Notes: generated from the letters alone by a model not told the origin. A DNA stretch of 32,000 nt from Promethearchaeota archaeon (GCA_016933055.1 JAFGBS010000009.1:180001-212000); one strand, 5' to 3'; positions 1-10,034 are shown, counted from the first letter of the stretch. A program made the numbers and translations.

Positions 1-145
1 AATTAATTTAAATTTTCGTTAGAGAACTCATAACTCTTCAAAAGAGATCGGGAATTATTTGAAATAATCACTCTATATTAAGATATTATCAAAAATGATC
101 ATAAAAGAAATAAGTCGACCTTTAAAATTAAGGTATGAATAACTT

Positions 146-1483
146 TTACTCTACAGTGTTATGTTCCTTGTTCCGTGGATTGTACAAAATTTTTGCCGTG
201 TTCAATCGATCAGATTTATGTTCTCTAAATACCCCTCCGATCCTTACTGATAAATCTTCAAAACTATACTTGAATTTAATTAACTCCCACAATTTCAAAG
301 CTACGAACCAGAATCCGACTACGATCATTAAATACGAAATGTTCATGATGACATTGCCCATTACCGCATCAAATTCTCCACTTAACTCCCCAAAGCGTGA
401 GTGAAAGATGTTACTCCACAAAATATTCCATAAAGCTTCTAAACAATAAATCGTCAACGAAAGCATTCCGAAGCGACGTATAAAGATACTTCTTTTTACC
501 GTTTTCTCACCAGATTCAAAATCAAATTTTCTGAAAAACCACGGGATCCACAATAACATCAGCCCGAGATTTATAAATGAGAGATCTGGGGGTATGTTCT
601 TGTATCTAAATAAGTAAGTAATAATATCTGTAGAAATAGTAAATAGGTGATATCCTACTAGTAATAATCCAACAATGAGGAAAATCAATCCCAGTTTTCT
701 GCAATAGCGCTTAACGGCTTTATAAGGACGATCTTCCGCTAAAAAAATACCGATCACAATTCCAATAAGTGCATATCCTGCATAAGGCAGTACACAGTGA
801 AGGGATCCTGCTATAAAAGAGAGGAAAAATGCTGGTACATAATACAATCTACCCATTTCCAAATAAGATAAAAATAAGGGATTTAACCATTCCCATAGTG
901 CCTTAGAAATGGTTAACCACACAATAGCAAATATTGTGAGATTACGTATATTTATGTTTTTTGATTCCTCAAACCGATCTTTCCGCCACATGAATAATAA
1001 AGTAAAACAGGAAATTAATCCTGAACTTGCAATCATAGATAACGCATCGGCTTTAAAGAAGATTTCAATCTCCGGCAGACTAAATGCTCTTTTCTGAATT
1101 GAACCAGTGAAAAGGGAGTACAATTGATGATCACCCGTTAGAGCAGGAGTTGCCATAACAAATAATCCCATGTAGACAAAATGAAAAAGCAAGATCAATA
1201 AATTATTTATGATAGATGGTCTCACACTTCTCCAGATAGAATTACCTGCATCTTTTCGGTGGTAAACGATATAAGAATTTGCAATACCAGTAATTAATGC
1301 GAATAATCCTGCCCAAGTGCCTAAATAAAGCATTGGGGCAAATATGACTAGGGGTGAACGTGGAAGATATTCTACTGCATTTCCTTCACCGAGAAAAATT
1401 CCGAACACGATACCATGTGCAAAAACGACCCCAAAAATAGCTAAGCCTCGAATAAAATCGATACTTAACAGTCGTTTAGACAT
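146..1483 (-). CDS. Multi-pass membrane protein, DUF1624 / heparan-alpha-glucosaminide N-acetyltransferase-like (acyltransferase-3-like)
   Basis: 445 aa. The N-terminal RLLSIDFIRGLAIFGVVFAH matches the R..SID..RG.AI....H signature of this family; about 10 hydrophobic segments. Confidence 0.65.
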   Translation of the reverse strand: MSKRLLSIDFIRGLAIFGVVFAHGIVFGIFLGEGNAVEYLPRSPLVIFAPMLYLGTWAGLFALITGIANSYIVYHRKDAGNSIWRSVRPSIINNLLILLFHFVYMGLFVMATPALTGDHQLYSLFTGSIQKRAFSLPEIEIFFKADALSMIASSGLISCFTLLFMWRKDRFEESKNINIRNLTIFAIVWLTISKALWEWLNPLFLSYLEMGRLYYVPAFFLSFIAGSLHCVLPYAGYALIGIVIGIFLAEDRPYKAVKRYCRKLGLIFLIVGLLLVGYHLFTISTDIITYLFRYKNIPPDLSFINLGLMLLWIPWFFRKFDFESGEKTVKRSIFIRRFGMLSLTIYCLEALWNILWSNIFHSRFGELSGEFDAVMGNVIMNISYLMIVVGFWFVALKLWELIKFKYSFEDLSVRIGGVFREHKSDRLNTAKILYNPRNKEHNTVE

Positions 1484-1562
1484 TGATCAGATCAATGATT
1501 ATTCTAATAAATATCTATTTGAAATATTTTGTTTTGAAGAAAAAATTAGTAAAGAAAAGGAA

Positions 1563-3131
1563 TTAAAGCGTTTTTGTGGATTTCACGTTAAGCTCGTCTA
1601 TATTTAGTCTCATTTTAGTTAACATATTCACTTGATCTGCTCGTGAGGGGATATTTAGTTTCTTTATTCTTGCACCTCTTCGGATTTTTCTTCTTATGCT
1701 ACGTATTTTTCTCACATGGACAGGAAATTTAAGAATTCCTTGATACAAGCTAAATACAATAAAAAGTACTGCTATTCCTCCAGCAAGGCCTGCTGTCAAG
1801 GGTAAATAATTGGGTGGTGGTTCTGGAATCGGATCAGGGGTGAATATCATATAAGAGATCTTAAAATAGATGTTATCGATGAATATTGTGTAATTAAGCG
1901 TATTCTCAAATTCATCCGCAATATATAATTGGAATGAAACTGCCACGCTCAAGTTTGGAGTCAATAAATCCTTTAAAGCTCTTCCACTAAATTCAATTGT
2001 TTGATATATTGGAGTAAAACTATCCAATTTTACCGTTTCACTGTATTTTCTGCCATTAATAACGGTTTGAATCTCACTATTAGGGGATGCGGAAGTCCAT
2101 AACGAATTGATTTTGTAATCAAAACTCAGTGACGCATTTGTGATAGTTGTGCAATTAACGACATCACCAAGTTGACTATATGAGATGGAACTAAATTGGT
2201 CAATTTTTTTCTCATAGGTAAAGGATAAGCTGAAATTTTTGATACGTAGATCGTACCATGTATCTCTGTCGTAGGTAGGGTAATTATCTTCTGCATAAGC
2301 ATTAATTTCGAGAATAATCGAGAAGTTTGTGTAATCGTATTGTAAAACTTTTGTGAGATAAAGGATTAGGAGATCTTGGTCAACAGGAACTAATTCGGTA
2401 TCGTTTAAATATACTCTTTCACCATACGTATTTGGTCCTACAGAACCCGATATGTCTTTCCCTAGGGTTGTGGTTTTATTATATGCAATCCGATAATTTT
2501 CAATGTTGTTTGGATCTGTAACCGTGATTGAAAACCGTGCGTAATCTCCAACACCAATATATCCACTACTCAATAACACATCACCTGGTGTTTCTAAGTT
2601 TGTATCTCCACTCCCATTTACAATTGCACTAACTGAGGCTGATGTAATCACATAATCACTCATATTAACAGGAAGTTCAACTGAATGCTCCCATGTCATA
2701 CTGGGGAAATTTCTGGTTTGGTTTCCCGTTACACCGAAATAATTTGTGACGGGTTCTTCTAGGTACTCATGCCCAATATAGCAGCCATTTTCATCAATAC
2801 CATAGATATCGGGTAAAATAAACTCAGGATTGGGGATTTCAGTCCAATTATCGGAGATCGGCGGATTTGCATTGAAGACATAATCTCCCTCCTCACCAAT
2901 TAAAACGAATGTGGCTTCTCCTCCTGTTATTTGTCCATCCAAATCTTGATCATCCCCTGAAGTTTCGATTACCCAGAAAGAAGAATTATCGAATCCATTA
3001 TTTCGTAACCATTCAATATCTGTGTAATAATCTTCTCGTGCTGATACAGAAACAATTTTAGAAGAGACAATCGAGGATAAAATCAAGATTGATATAATTA
3101 TTACTAATCTCTTGATCCACTTCATTTTCAA
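1563..3131 (-). CDS. Secreted, C-terminally anchored surface glycoprotein of unknown function
   Basis: 522 aa. Signal-peptide-like N-terminus (MKMKWIKR + hydrophobic run + VSA), an acidic S/T/N-rich ectodomain with 13 N-x-S/T sequons, a PDPIPEPPP linker, one TM helix, then a basic tail (RKIRSIRRKIRRGARIKK). Confidence 0.75.
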   Translation of the reverse strand: MKMKWIKRLVIIISILILSSIVSSKIVSVSAREDYYTDIEWLRNNGFDNSSFWVIETSGDDQDLDGQITGGEATFVLIGEEGDYVFNANPPISDNWTEIPNPEFILPDIYGIDENGCYIGHEYLEEPVTNYFGVTGNQTRNFPSMTWEHSVELPVNMSDYVITSASVSAIVNGSGDTNLETPGDVLLSSGYIGVGDYARFSITVTDPNNIENYRIAYNKTTTLGKDISGSVGPNTYGERVYLNDTELVPVDQDLLILYLTKVLQYDYTNFSIILEINAYAEDNYPTYDRDTWYDLRIKNFSLSFTYEKKIDQFSSISYSQLGDVVNCTTITNASLSFDYKINSLWTSASPNSEIQTVINGRKYSETVKLDSFTPIYQTIEFSGRALKDLLTPNLSVAVSFQLYIADEFENTLNYTIFIDNIYFKISYMIFTPDPIPEPPPNYLPLTAGLAGGIAVLFIVFSLYQGILKFPVHVRKIRSIRRKIRRGARIKKLNIPSRADQVNMLTKMRLNIDELNVKSTKTL

Positions 3132-3232
3132 CTTAATTCAGATCCCTTTGAATGATATGATAATTTTGGATATTGATTCTATATATATCTTAACTTATAC
3201 ATTACATTAACTATCAAATATTTGTGAATACC

Positions 3233-3628
3233 ATGAATGAAGAAACTATAGCTGATAGAAAATTCCCTGAAGATTTTACTTCTAAAGAGCGCGCAATTTT
3301 TGAGGTCGGCATCAAACTTGGAGCGCTTTATCATATCGCAATGGGTATGCCCATTTCAAAAGATCCAATGACGATTGCATCCATCGAGACCGCTCTTGCT
3401 AATTCTATTAAATCTCAACCCTATGTCACTGAGATGAAAGTGAAATTAAACGTGGACAATATTATGGGGTCAAAATCCCATGAATTTGATTACTCTGAAA
3501 TCACATCTTCGACTCTAAACGCAGAAATCCGACTTAAGTATAACAATATAGAAGTGTTAGGAATGTTGGAATGGAATGAAGAACTCAACTACCCGCTTAT
3601 GTTCGTCAAGAAGATACGCTCAGACTAG
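3233..3628 (+). CDS. mptD: Archaeal dihydroneopterin aldolase (MptD, DUF381 family)
   Basis: ERAIFEVGIKLGALYH..G.P, SIKSQPYV and LNYPLM are typical MptD motifs. The ATG at 3233 is preferred over the GTG at 3224. Confidence 0.88.
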   Translation: MNEETIADRKFPEDFTSKERAIFEVGIKLGALYHIAMGMPISKDPMTIASIETALANSIKSQPYVTEMKVKLNVDNIMGSKSHEFDYSEITSSTLNAEIRLKYNNIEVLGMLEWNEELNYPLMFVKKIRSD

Positions 3629-4365
3629 GATTTTATTTCTTCCAAAAACTTATCAACCATATCGCAGACCTTTAACGCTCGCTGAGATGCAGAGAATCGA
3701 CGAATATCATATTGAAAATCCCTTACTCTATCGATTAATTTTTGAATATCATTTCGGGAATTTTGCTGTTTTTGGATAGCAGGAATTTTTGATGCGTACA
3801 CAATAGCTTCTAAAGCTAAATTGTCTCCTCGATTAACTGGTTGAGATTGTTTGAATGATTGATACATCTCCTTTACAAGTACTTGAAAAGTTACCTTAAA
3901 TTCAGGGTGTTCCTCACTAGAATGAGGATTTTTCAGAAATATAGGTTTATTTCGTATATTGATTTCTCCAAGAATGAGAATTTGGGATTGTTTTAGGAAC
4001 GCATATCCTTTGTGAATATCCAAGTAAGATTGATCCATCTCTTCAACATCGATACCGGCATGTTCTCCTCTTAACGCTGCCAGAGCAAAATATTCGACAT
4101 CATCGGTGAAATTGATGGTTATAAATTTGACATTCGGGTTCATTAACAGCTCAAAAGTATCTGTATCGGGATATGGTTTTAGGAACATTACCTTATTACC
4201 GCTAAATCTTATTCCCATAGCCGAAGCATTGAATCTCTGTTGATTTGGCCATTGAATAACTACAATTGATTCATATAATTTACCATTTTCGAAGGGGAAA
4301 TCTATTTCGTCCATGCTATCAATGTTAATTTGAATAAAGTCTTTATTTTTGTTATGTGCACCCAT
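3625..4365 (-). CDS. DUF447 family protein (FMN split-barrel-like fold)
   Basis: YESIVV...FNASAMGI...PYPDTDTFE.L...TINFTDD..YF..AAL and a C-terminal NRGDNLALEAIVYASK resemble DUF447 (N-terminal barrel plus C-terminal helical part). Located in a pterin gene context. Confidence 0.75.
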   Translation of the reverse strand: MGAHNKNKDFIQINIDSMDEIDFPFENGKLYESIVVIQWPNQQRFNASAMGIRFSGNKVMFLKPYPDTDTFELLMNPNVKFITINFTDDVEYFALAALRGEHAGIDVEEMDQSYLDIHKGYAFLKQSQILILGEINIRNKPIFLKNPHSSEEHPEFKVTFQVLVKEMYQSFKQSQPVNRGDNLALEAIVYASKIPAIQKQQNSRNDIQKLIDRVRDFQYDIRRFSASQRALKVCDMVDKFLEEIKS

Positions 4366-4413
4366 ATCAATCTATAAGAAAACGTTTATTTTCTATATTG
4401 CTAAGGTGGTATT

Positions 4414-5484
4414 ATGGTTCGTGTTGTCGGTGTAGATCCGGGTTCTGCGAGTTGGGATTTTGTTGGGATGGATGAAGATGGATCATTCTTTCTGGATCAC
4501 TCTATTCCGACCAAACAAATTCAAAAACATCCTGAACTCTTCTTAAACCTTATAGAAACAACTGATTTTGATATAATGTCTGCACCCTCAGGATTTGGAC
4601 TTCCCTTAAAAAAAATTGAAGATTTGAAAGAAGAGGATTTCTTTTTTGCACTCTTAAAGAAAAATCCCGAAAAAGGTATGATCGTGGGACTAGGGCAAAT
4701 TCTGAAAATACTACAAGAACAAAAAGTAAATGGATATTTTTTACCCAGTGTGAAGCACCTTTCTACGGTTCCAAGACATAAAAAAGTGAATAAAATTGAT
4801 TTAGGAACTGCAGATAAATTATGTACCGTCGTAGTAGGTATTCGCAATCAAATGGAGGATTATAACATCTCTTGTGAGGAGTCCTCTTTCATCATGGTTG
4901 AAATGGGTTATGGTTTTAATGCCGTCATTGCAATTGAAAATGGACAAATAACTGATGGAATTGGAGGATCTCAACTAATGGGTTTCCGTGCGGTAGGTTC
5001 CATTGATGCTGAAATAGCTTATTTGATGGGAAAGATCAAGAAAAAAGATGTGTATCGAGGTGGAGTGAGCTCAATAGCGGGATATTTTGATATGAGAGCT
5101 GAAGAGCTCTTATTATTATCAAAAAAAGATAGAAAAACAAAATTGGCAATGGATGCATTTTATGATAACTTGATCAAATCCGTGTACGCTATCTCGAGCT
5201 CCTTTTCATCGAGGGATGCTATTAAAGAAATTTTATTTGCAGGAAGGCTTGCAAAAATTGATGCTTTAATTCAACCTTTGAAAGAAAAATTATCTTTTAT
5301 TGCCCCCACCAAAGTTATGCGATCATATGTATCAATTTCCAAAGAATCTGCCCAAGGCGCTGCATTTATAGCAAATGGATTATCGGGTGGAAGATTTGCA
5401 GACATCGTTGACAATTTGAAAATTCGAGAATCATCTGGCAGTATTTTGGATGATATCTATCTACCGTTGGAACAGCGAATGTAA
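4414..5484 (+). CDS. DUF1464 family protein (COG2441, ASKHA / butyrate-kinase-like fold)
   Basis: VVGVDPGS phosphate-1 motif, APSGFGLP, KIDLGTADK, EMGYGFNA and DGIGGS. Confidence 0.85.
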   Translation: MVRVVGVDPGSASWDFVGMDEDGSFFLDHSIPTKQIQKHPELFLNLIETTDFDIMSAPSGFGLPLKKIEDLKEEDFFFALLKKNPEKGMIVGLGQILKILQEQKVNGYFLPSVKHLSTVPRHKKVNKIDLGTADKLCTVVVGIRNQMEDYNISCEESSFIMVEMGYGFNAVIAIENGQITDGIGGSQLMGFRAVGSIDAEIAYLMGKIKKKDVYRGGVSSIAGYFDMRAEELLLLSKKDRKTKLAMDAFYDNLIKSVYAISSSFSSRDAIKEILFAGRLAKIDALIQPLKEKLSFIAPTKVMRSYVSISKESAQGAAFIANGLSGGRFADIVDNLKIRESSGSILDDIYLPLEQRM

Positions 5485-5566
5485 AATAGGTTTTATATGA
5501 GAGATTTTTACTTATTCTTTAATAGATCAAATCCTATATTTACTCCACATATAGAGATGCATACAG

Positions 5567-7261
5567 ATGGCTACCTCCTTACGTATCTTATTAATTACGG
5601 GTGAACAGAGTTTTAACGAGATTCAGCAAATTGCGAATAAAGTGAATGGAGAAAAGGATCTAAATATTCACTGTGAAATTCGGATGGTATCCGTAGATGT
5701 TTCTGCATTCATCACTCCCGAACATGTTACTGAATTGTGCATTCCTTTCACCGAAGAGAATTATGATTTCGCATTAATTCCGGGTTTCACTACATGGGAT
5801 TCAAGTATTTTGAAAGATAAAATTCAGATACCCGTGTACAAAGGTACACGGTTTTCTGGGGATTTATACGATTTACTCTGTCACATAAGAGAACTTAAGT
5901 TACCTACTAAAAAAGCTGCAGATCATTTACTCCAAACTAGAAGTCGACAGAAAATTCAGGAATATGTTGAAAATCTTGGTGAAACCTTTTTCACGCAAGG
6001 ACAACCAATATCAGGATCTCGAGTATTGCAATTTGTCACACCTAATGGACGAAGAATCTTAACAGGAGGAGATTTTCCACCATTATTGTTCGCGGAAATA
6101 GTGGATGCTCCAAAATTATCCGAATCCGAAATCATGGAAAAAGTTCATTATTATATGGATTCGGGAGCAAATGTGATTGATATCGGGATGATCTTTGGAC
6201 AATCCCATCCAGATCTTATTCGAAAAATCGTTCCGAAAATAAAAAACACATGCGATATTTTAGTTAGCATAGACAGTGTGCGCATAGATGAAATTGTGGC
6301 CGGGATTGAGTCGGATGTGGATATAATTCTTAGCATTGATGGAGAAAACATCGATTCATTTTTAGAGTATTCGGAAAATCATCAAATAAAACGAGATCTT
6401 GGAATAGTATTAATTCCACTTGATGGTCCTAATCATACGGCTATAGAAAATCCCACCGCAAAAGCCGAATTTCTCATATCTTTAGCAAAAAACCTACGCA
6501 ATCACGGGTTTAACAATATATTTTATGATTCCCTTTTAAAAAACCCTATTTCACCGGGATTAATGGATTCTTTGCACTGTTATTACATCCACAATGAAAT
6601 TGTACAACAGCAACCCGAAATATACTATCCTACCTTTATGGGATTACATAATGTATTTGAGCTTGTCGATGCGGATAGCAGTGGAATGATCAGCTTACTA
6701 TCCTTAATTGCATCAGAATTGAATTGTGCCGGAATCTTTACGACAGAATTTAGTCCAAAAACACTAGGTTCCATACGAGAGACTCGTAAAAGCATTGATT
6801 TTGCTTATTTTGCAAAAATCTCCAAATCACCCCCCACAAGCTTAGGACTGGATGCATTTTTTGTGAAATCTAAACGAAGGTCCCTCTCAAGAACTGAGGA
6901 ACCGAGTATAATCCTCAACCTACATACAAACGAAATTTCCCAAGAAAATCTCAAAGAATTGATATCACCCGATGATAAATTTATCCACGACACTACGGGG
7001 TACTTCAAAATCTACATAAATCACTTAACTCGCTTAATTGAAGTAATTTTTATACCCTTTGATGAGACAAAAAAGCGATTAAACCTAACTGGACCCTTAC
7101 TTTTAAAAGGACGATCTGCAGAGCATTTGTATAAAACCATTCATCAATTGGGTTTAGTGACGGAAATCTCTCATGCATTTTATCTTGGTAAAGAATTAAG
7201 CAAAGCTGAATACGCATTACATGTCAATGCTCCGTATTTCGAGGATACTGAATTAGAATAA
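5567..7261 (+). CDS. Archaeal dihydropteroate-synthase-like protein (MJ0107/MptH type) with C-terminal DUF4346-like domain
   Basis: N-terminal ILLITG...D.SAFITP domain; pterin-binding barrel (AEIVDAP, GANVIDIG, VSIDS, D..L); C-terminal D..GYFKIY...H AFYLGKELSKAE motif. Confidence 0.85.
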   Translation: MATSLRILLITGEQSFNEIQQIANKVNGEKDLNIHCEIRMVSVDVSAFITPEHVTELCIPFTEENYDFALIPGFTTWDSSILKDKIQIPVYKGTRFSGDLYDLLCHIRELKLPTKKAADHLLQTRSRQKIQEYVENLGETFFTQGQPISGSRVLQFVTPNGRRILTGGDFPPLLFAEIVDAPKLSESEIMEKVHYYMDSGANVIDIGMIFGQSHPDLIRKIVPKIKNTCDILVSIDSVRIDEIVAGIESDVDIILSIDGENIDSFLEYSENHQIKRDLGIVLIPLDGPNHTAIENPTAKAEFLISLAKNLRNHGFNNIFYDSLLKNPISPGLMDSLHCYYIHNEIVQQQPEIYYPTFMGLHNVFELVDADSSGMISLLSLIASELNCAGIFTTEFSPKTLGSIRETRKSIDFAYFAKISKSPPTSLGLDAFFVKSKRRSLSRTEEPSIILNLHTNEISQENLKELISPDDKFIHDTTGYFKIYINHLTRLIEVIFIPFDETKKRLNLTGPLLLKGRSAEHLYKTIHQLGLVTEISHAFYLGKELSKAEYALHVNAPYFEDTELE

Positions 7262-7312
7262 AAATTAAAAAATTAGTAAATCTATTAGACGATCCTTAAA
7301 AAATAAAAAAAT

Positions 7313-7966
7313 TTATTCCTTTATGGGAGTAATCTTTGACTCAAATTCTTCTAATTTGATGGGAAGTTCCCCATTTGGAGGGATAATCCCTTTTTCTCTT
7401 TGTATTTGTCGCGCCAAAAGATACATAATAAGTGATAATGCTTTTCGACCGCGGTTGTTTGTTGGGATCGCAAGATCTACACCATCTAACGTATCATCTG
7501 TATCGATCAAACTAACTAATGGAATTCTTGCAAGAGTTGATTCAGCTAAGGCTTGTTTATCGGCATGTGGATCGATGATAAGTACACAATCAGCTTCAAA
7601 ATAGTCATCAATCATTGGATTGGTTAGTGTTCCCGGAATAAACCGTTTATCCATAGATTTTGCGCCAATCACTTCTGCAAATTTACGAATGGGTTGTCTA
7701 CCATATCGCCTTACACTACAAACAAGAATCTTTGATGGGTCAAAACGGGCTAAGAATTTACCTGCAACGCGTAAACGGGTATCAGTTGCGTTAATATTAA
7801 TCACATATAGCCCATAACTCGTGGTACGATAGATCCAAGGCTCTGTGTACTTGGTTTTCAATTTAGTACCTATATGAACCCCATGGCTAAGGTACATTTC
7901 TCTATCCACGAGCAATAAAGCCTCTTCGGATGCTTCTTGAATTTCTTGTACTTCTTCTTCCGACAT
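7313..7966 (-). CDS. rps2: 30S ribosomal protein uS2 (archaeal type)
   Basis: YLSHGVHIG, RFIPGTLTNP, DPHADKQAL.E, DTD...VDLAIPTNNRGRKAL. Confidence 0.97.
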   Translation of the reverse strand: MSEEEVQEIQEASEEALLLVDREMYLSHGVHIGTKLKTKYTEPWIYRTTSYGLYVININATDTRLRVAGKFLARFDPSKILVCSVRRYGRQPIRKFAEVIGAKSMDKRFIPGTLTNPMIDDYFEADCVLIIDPHADKQALAESTLARIPLVSLIDTDDTLDGVDLAIPTNNRGRKALSLIMYLLARQIQREKGIIPPNGELPIKLEEFESKITPIKE

Positions 7967-8109
7967 TACACTCTTTCACATTAAACATGCAATTTTAATT
8001 TTTTTGTTGTAATACTTCTGGAAACAGTTGGGATCTTATGGTGTCTTTTCAATTATTTTGGAGAATTTCTGAAAAGAATGCTTTAATGTCACGGAAATTT
8101 GGTTAAAGT

Positions 8110-8904
8110 ATGTCCCAAACCATTGCTATTTCTGGCAAGGGGGGGGTTGGAAAAACAACAATTGCAGCCCTTTTGATAAAATACCTAGCCAAACACTTCA
8201 CTGATCGAGACGTCCTAATTATTGATGGAGATCCTGCTAGCAACATACCTGAAGTATTAGGTTTAAAAACGGATTTAGATAAAACTATTAGTCGAATCAC
8301 TTTCCATCTCAAGCAGCAAATCGAAAAAGGCTCCCTCCCTCCGGGTTATGATAAAGGTTTACATCTCCAAAACGAGATTTACAAGATTATCTACGAAAAA
8401 CCCGATTATGATGTCCTAATCCTAGGTCGAGGGGAAGGTAAGGGCTGTTATTGCTTTATCAACAATTTATTAAAAAATATTTTGGATCCCTTAGAGGAAA
8501 ATTATGATATTATCTTTTTGGATATGGAAGCGGGTTTAGAGCATTTCAGTCGTCGTACTGATCGAGATGTGGACGAACTCATAATTGTGACTGATATGAG
8601 CAAAATGGGTTTTAATACAATGGATCGGATCGTAGAAATCTCTACCGAGGTGCATTTGAATTTTAAAAAATATTGGATTGTCGGAAATCGGTTTGATAAT
8701 GAGGATGCTAAATCTATTCTCGAAGATCGAATCCAACAATTAAAAGATAAATTCCAAATTGATATTGAGTTAATCGGTTATATTCCTCAAAATAGTGAGA
8801 TAATTAAGAGGAATCTTATTGGAGAAGCCCTCATAGACGTTCCAGATGAGAACCCTGCATATGTTGAAGCAGAAAGAATGGGAAGAATTATCTTTAAACA
8901 CTAA
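8110..8904 (+). CDS. cooC: CooC/AcsF-type Ni-insertion ATPase (CODH/ACS maturation)
   Basis: Deviant Walker A GKGGVGKTT, IDGDP, the GCYC Ni-binding CxC motif, and DMEAGLEHFSR. Confidence 0.9.
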   Translation: MSQTIAISGKGGVGKTTIAALLIKYLAKHFTDRDVLIIDGDPASNIPEVLGLKTDLDKTISRITFHLKQQIEKGSLPPGYDKGLHLQNEIYKIIYEKPDYDVLILGRGEGKGCYCFINNLLKNILDPLEENYDIIFLDMEAGLEHFSRRTDRDVDELIIVTDMSKMGFNTMDRIVEISTEVHLNFKKYWIVGNRFDNEDAKSILEDRIQQLKDKFQIDIELIGYIPQNSEIIKRNLIGEALIDVPDENPAYVEAERMGRIIFKH

Positions 8905-8915
8905 TTGATTTACAA

Positions 8916-10034
8916 TTATTCCTTGGATGCTTTTGCAACAGCAATTTTCTGATAGAGTTCTAAGGTATTCCTTGGGGGGATCACTTCTTTCTCTTTTTTA
9001 ACAAGGCGAATTGCGTCAAAATTACAGAATGTCACGCACACTCCACAACCGATGCATCGGGTTAAATCTACTGTGGAAATTTCATTTACGACTTTAGCAG
9101 CATCCATAGGACATTTAGCTTCACACAATTTACAACCCGTACAATTTTCAGGGATTACTTCGGCATAGTAATTAGTATGAAAATATTGTGCAGGATTTTC
9201 CAACTTCTTTGCATTAGTCAAAATTTCACATGAGCATCCACAACACATACATAAAGCAAACGGTCTTTGAGTATTTGAGGGTTGTAGGACCAACCCAAGT
9301 TTTTGTCCTTCTCTAATGATTTTTAATACTTCTTCTTTGGTTATTTTGCGACCTAATCCATTATCGATATAATAATGCGCAGCTCCTCCGAATTGGAAAC
9401 AAGTTTCTTTCGGGTGATTGCATCCTTTCCCTAATATATCCTTGGTTTGCCTGCATATGCAATTACTTAGAGAAATAGTATCTGATGCATCGGCGAGCAA
9501 TTGTTCCACCTCATCAAAGGGTGTAACAATATTTTTATGTTCCACCATTTCCTTTACTTCAATTGTTTTTATAGCCTTAGTTGAGGGGATCGTGCGCATT
9601 TGGGGCACTTTGGTTTTAAGTATCTCATCACGATAAGCTTCGTCCATATAATCAACAAAATTCCGTGCAAAACTGGGGCTTAATCGATTCACTTGATATT
9701 CGAAAATACCCACCGCAAGGGCTGCTATACTGTAATAAATTTTTCCTCTTTCTTTTCCGGTGCCTCCATTAATTACCCCTTTCTTCAACATCTCGTTTAG
9801 ATTAAATTCTAACCATTCGCGGGATTTTTCTCGTCGTTTAAAATAGGGGTAAATCTCATCTACTGTTTGAGGTATTATTCCTAAGCGTAATGCGATCATA
9901 GCGTGTTCTGGGTTAAATAATTCCTTAAGTATTTTTAGTTCAACACCAGATTCTGTTTTCGGATAACCGACTGGGAAAGAATCTAAATGTTTACGAAGTT
10001 TTTTGTAGATTTTATCGGTGGAATCACTATTCAT
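8916..10034 (-). CDS. Multi-cluster 4Fe-4S protein (N-terminal helical domain, Cys-rich middle, C-terminal 2x[4Fe-4S] ferredoxin)
   Basis: YKKLRKHLD..PVGYP N-terminus; CICR..C..PKETC, CMCCGCSC, CTGCKLCEAKCP and CIGCGVCVTFC. The ATG at 10034 is preferred over the TTG at 10082. Confidence 0.85.
   Translation of the reverse strand: MNSDSTDKIYKKLRKHLDSFPVGYPKTESGVELKILKELFNPEHAMIALRLGIIPQTVDEIYPYFKRREKSREWLEFNLNEMLKKGVINGGTGKERGKIYYSIAALAVGIFEYQVNRLSPSFARNFVDYMDEAYRDEILKTKVPQMRTIPSTKAIKTIEVKEMVEHKNIVTPFDEVEQLLADASDTISLSNCICRQTKDILGKGCNHPKETCFQFGGAAHYYIDNGLGRKITKEEVLKIIREGQKLGLVLQPSNTQRPFALCMCCGCSCEILTNAKKLENPAQYFHTNYYAEVIPENCTGCKLCEAKCPMDAAKVVNEISTVDLTRCIGCGVCVTFCNFDAIRLVKKEKEVIPPRNTLELYQKIAVAKASKE

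Noticed and set aside
1-145. Possible truncated gene at the left edge
   Set aside because: The frames I checked close quickly with stop codons and show no recognisable coding signature; treated as intergenic.
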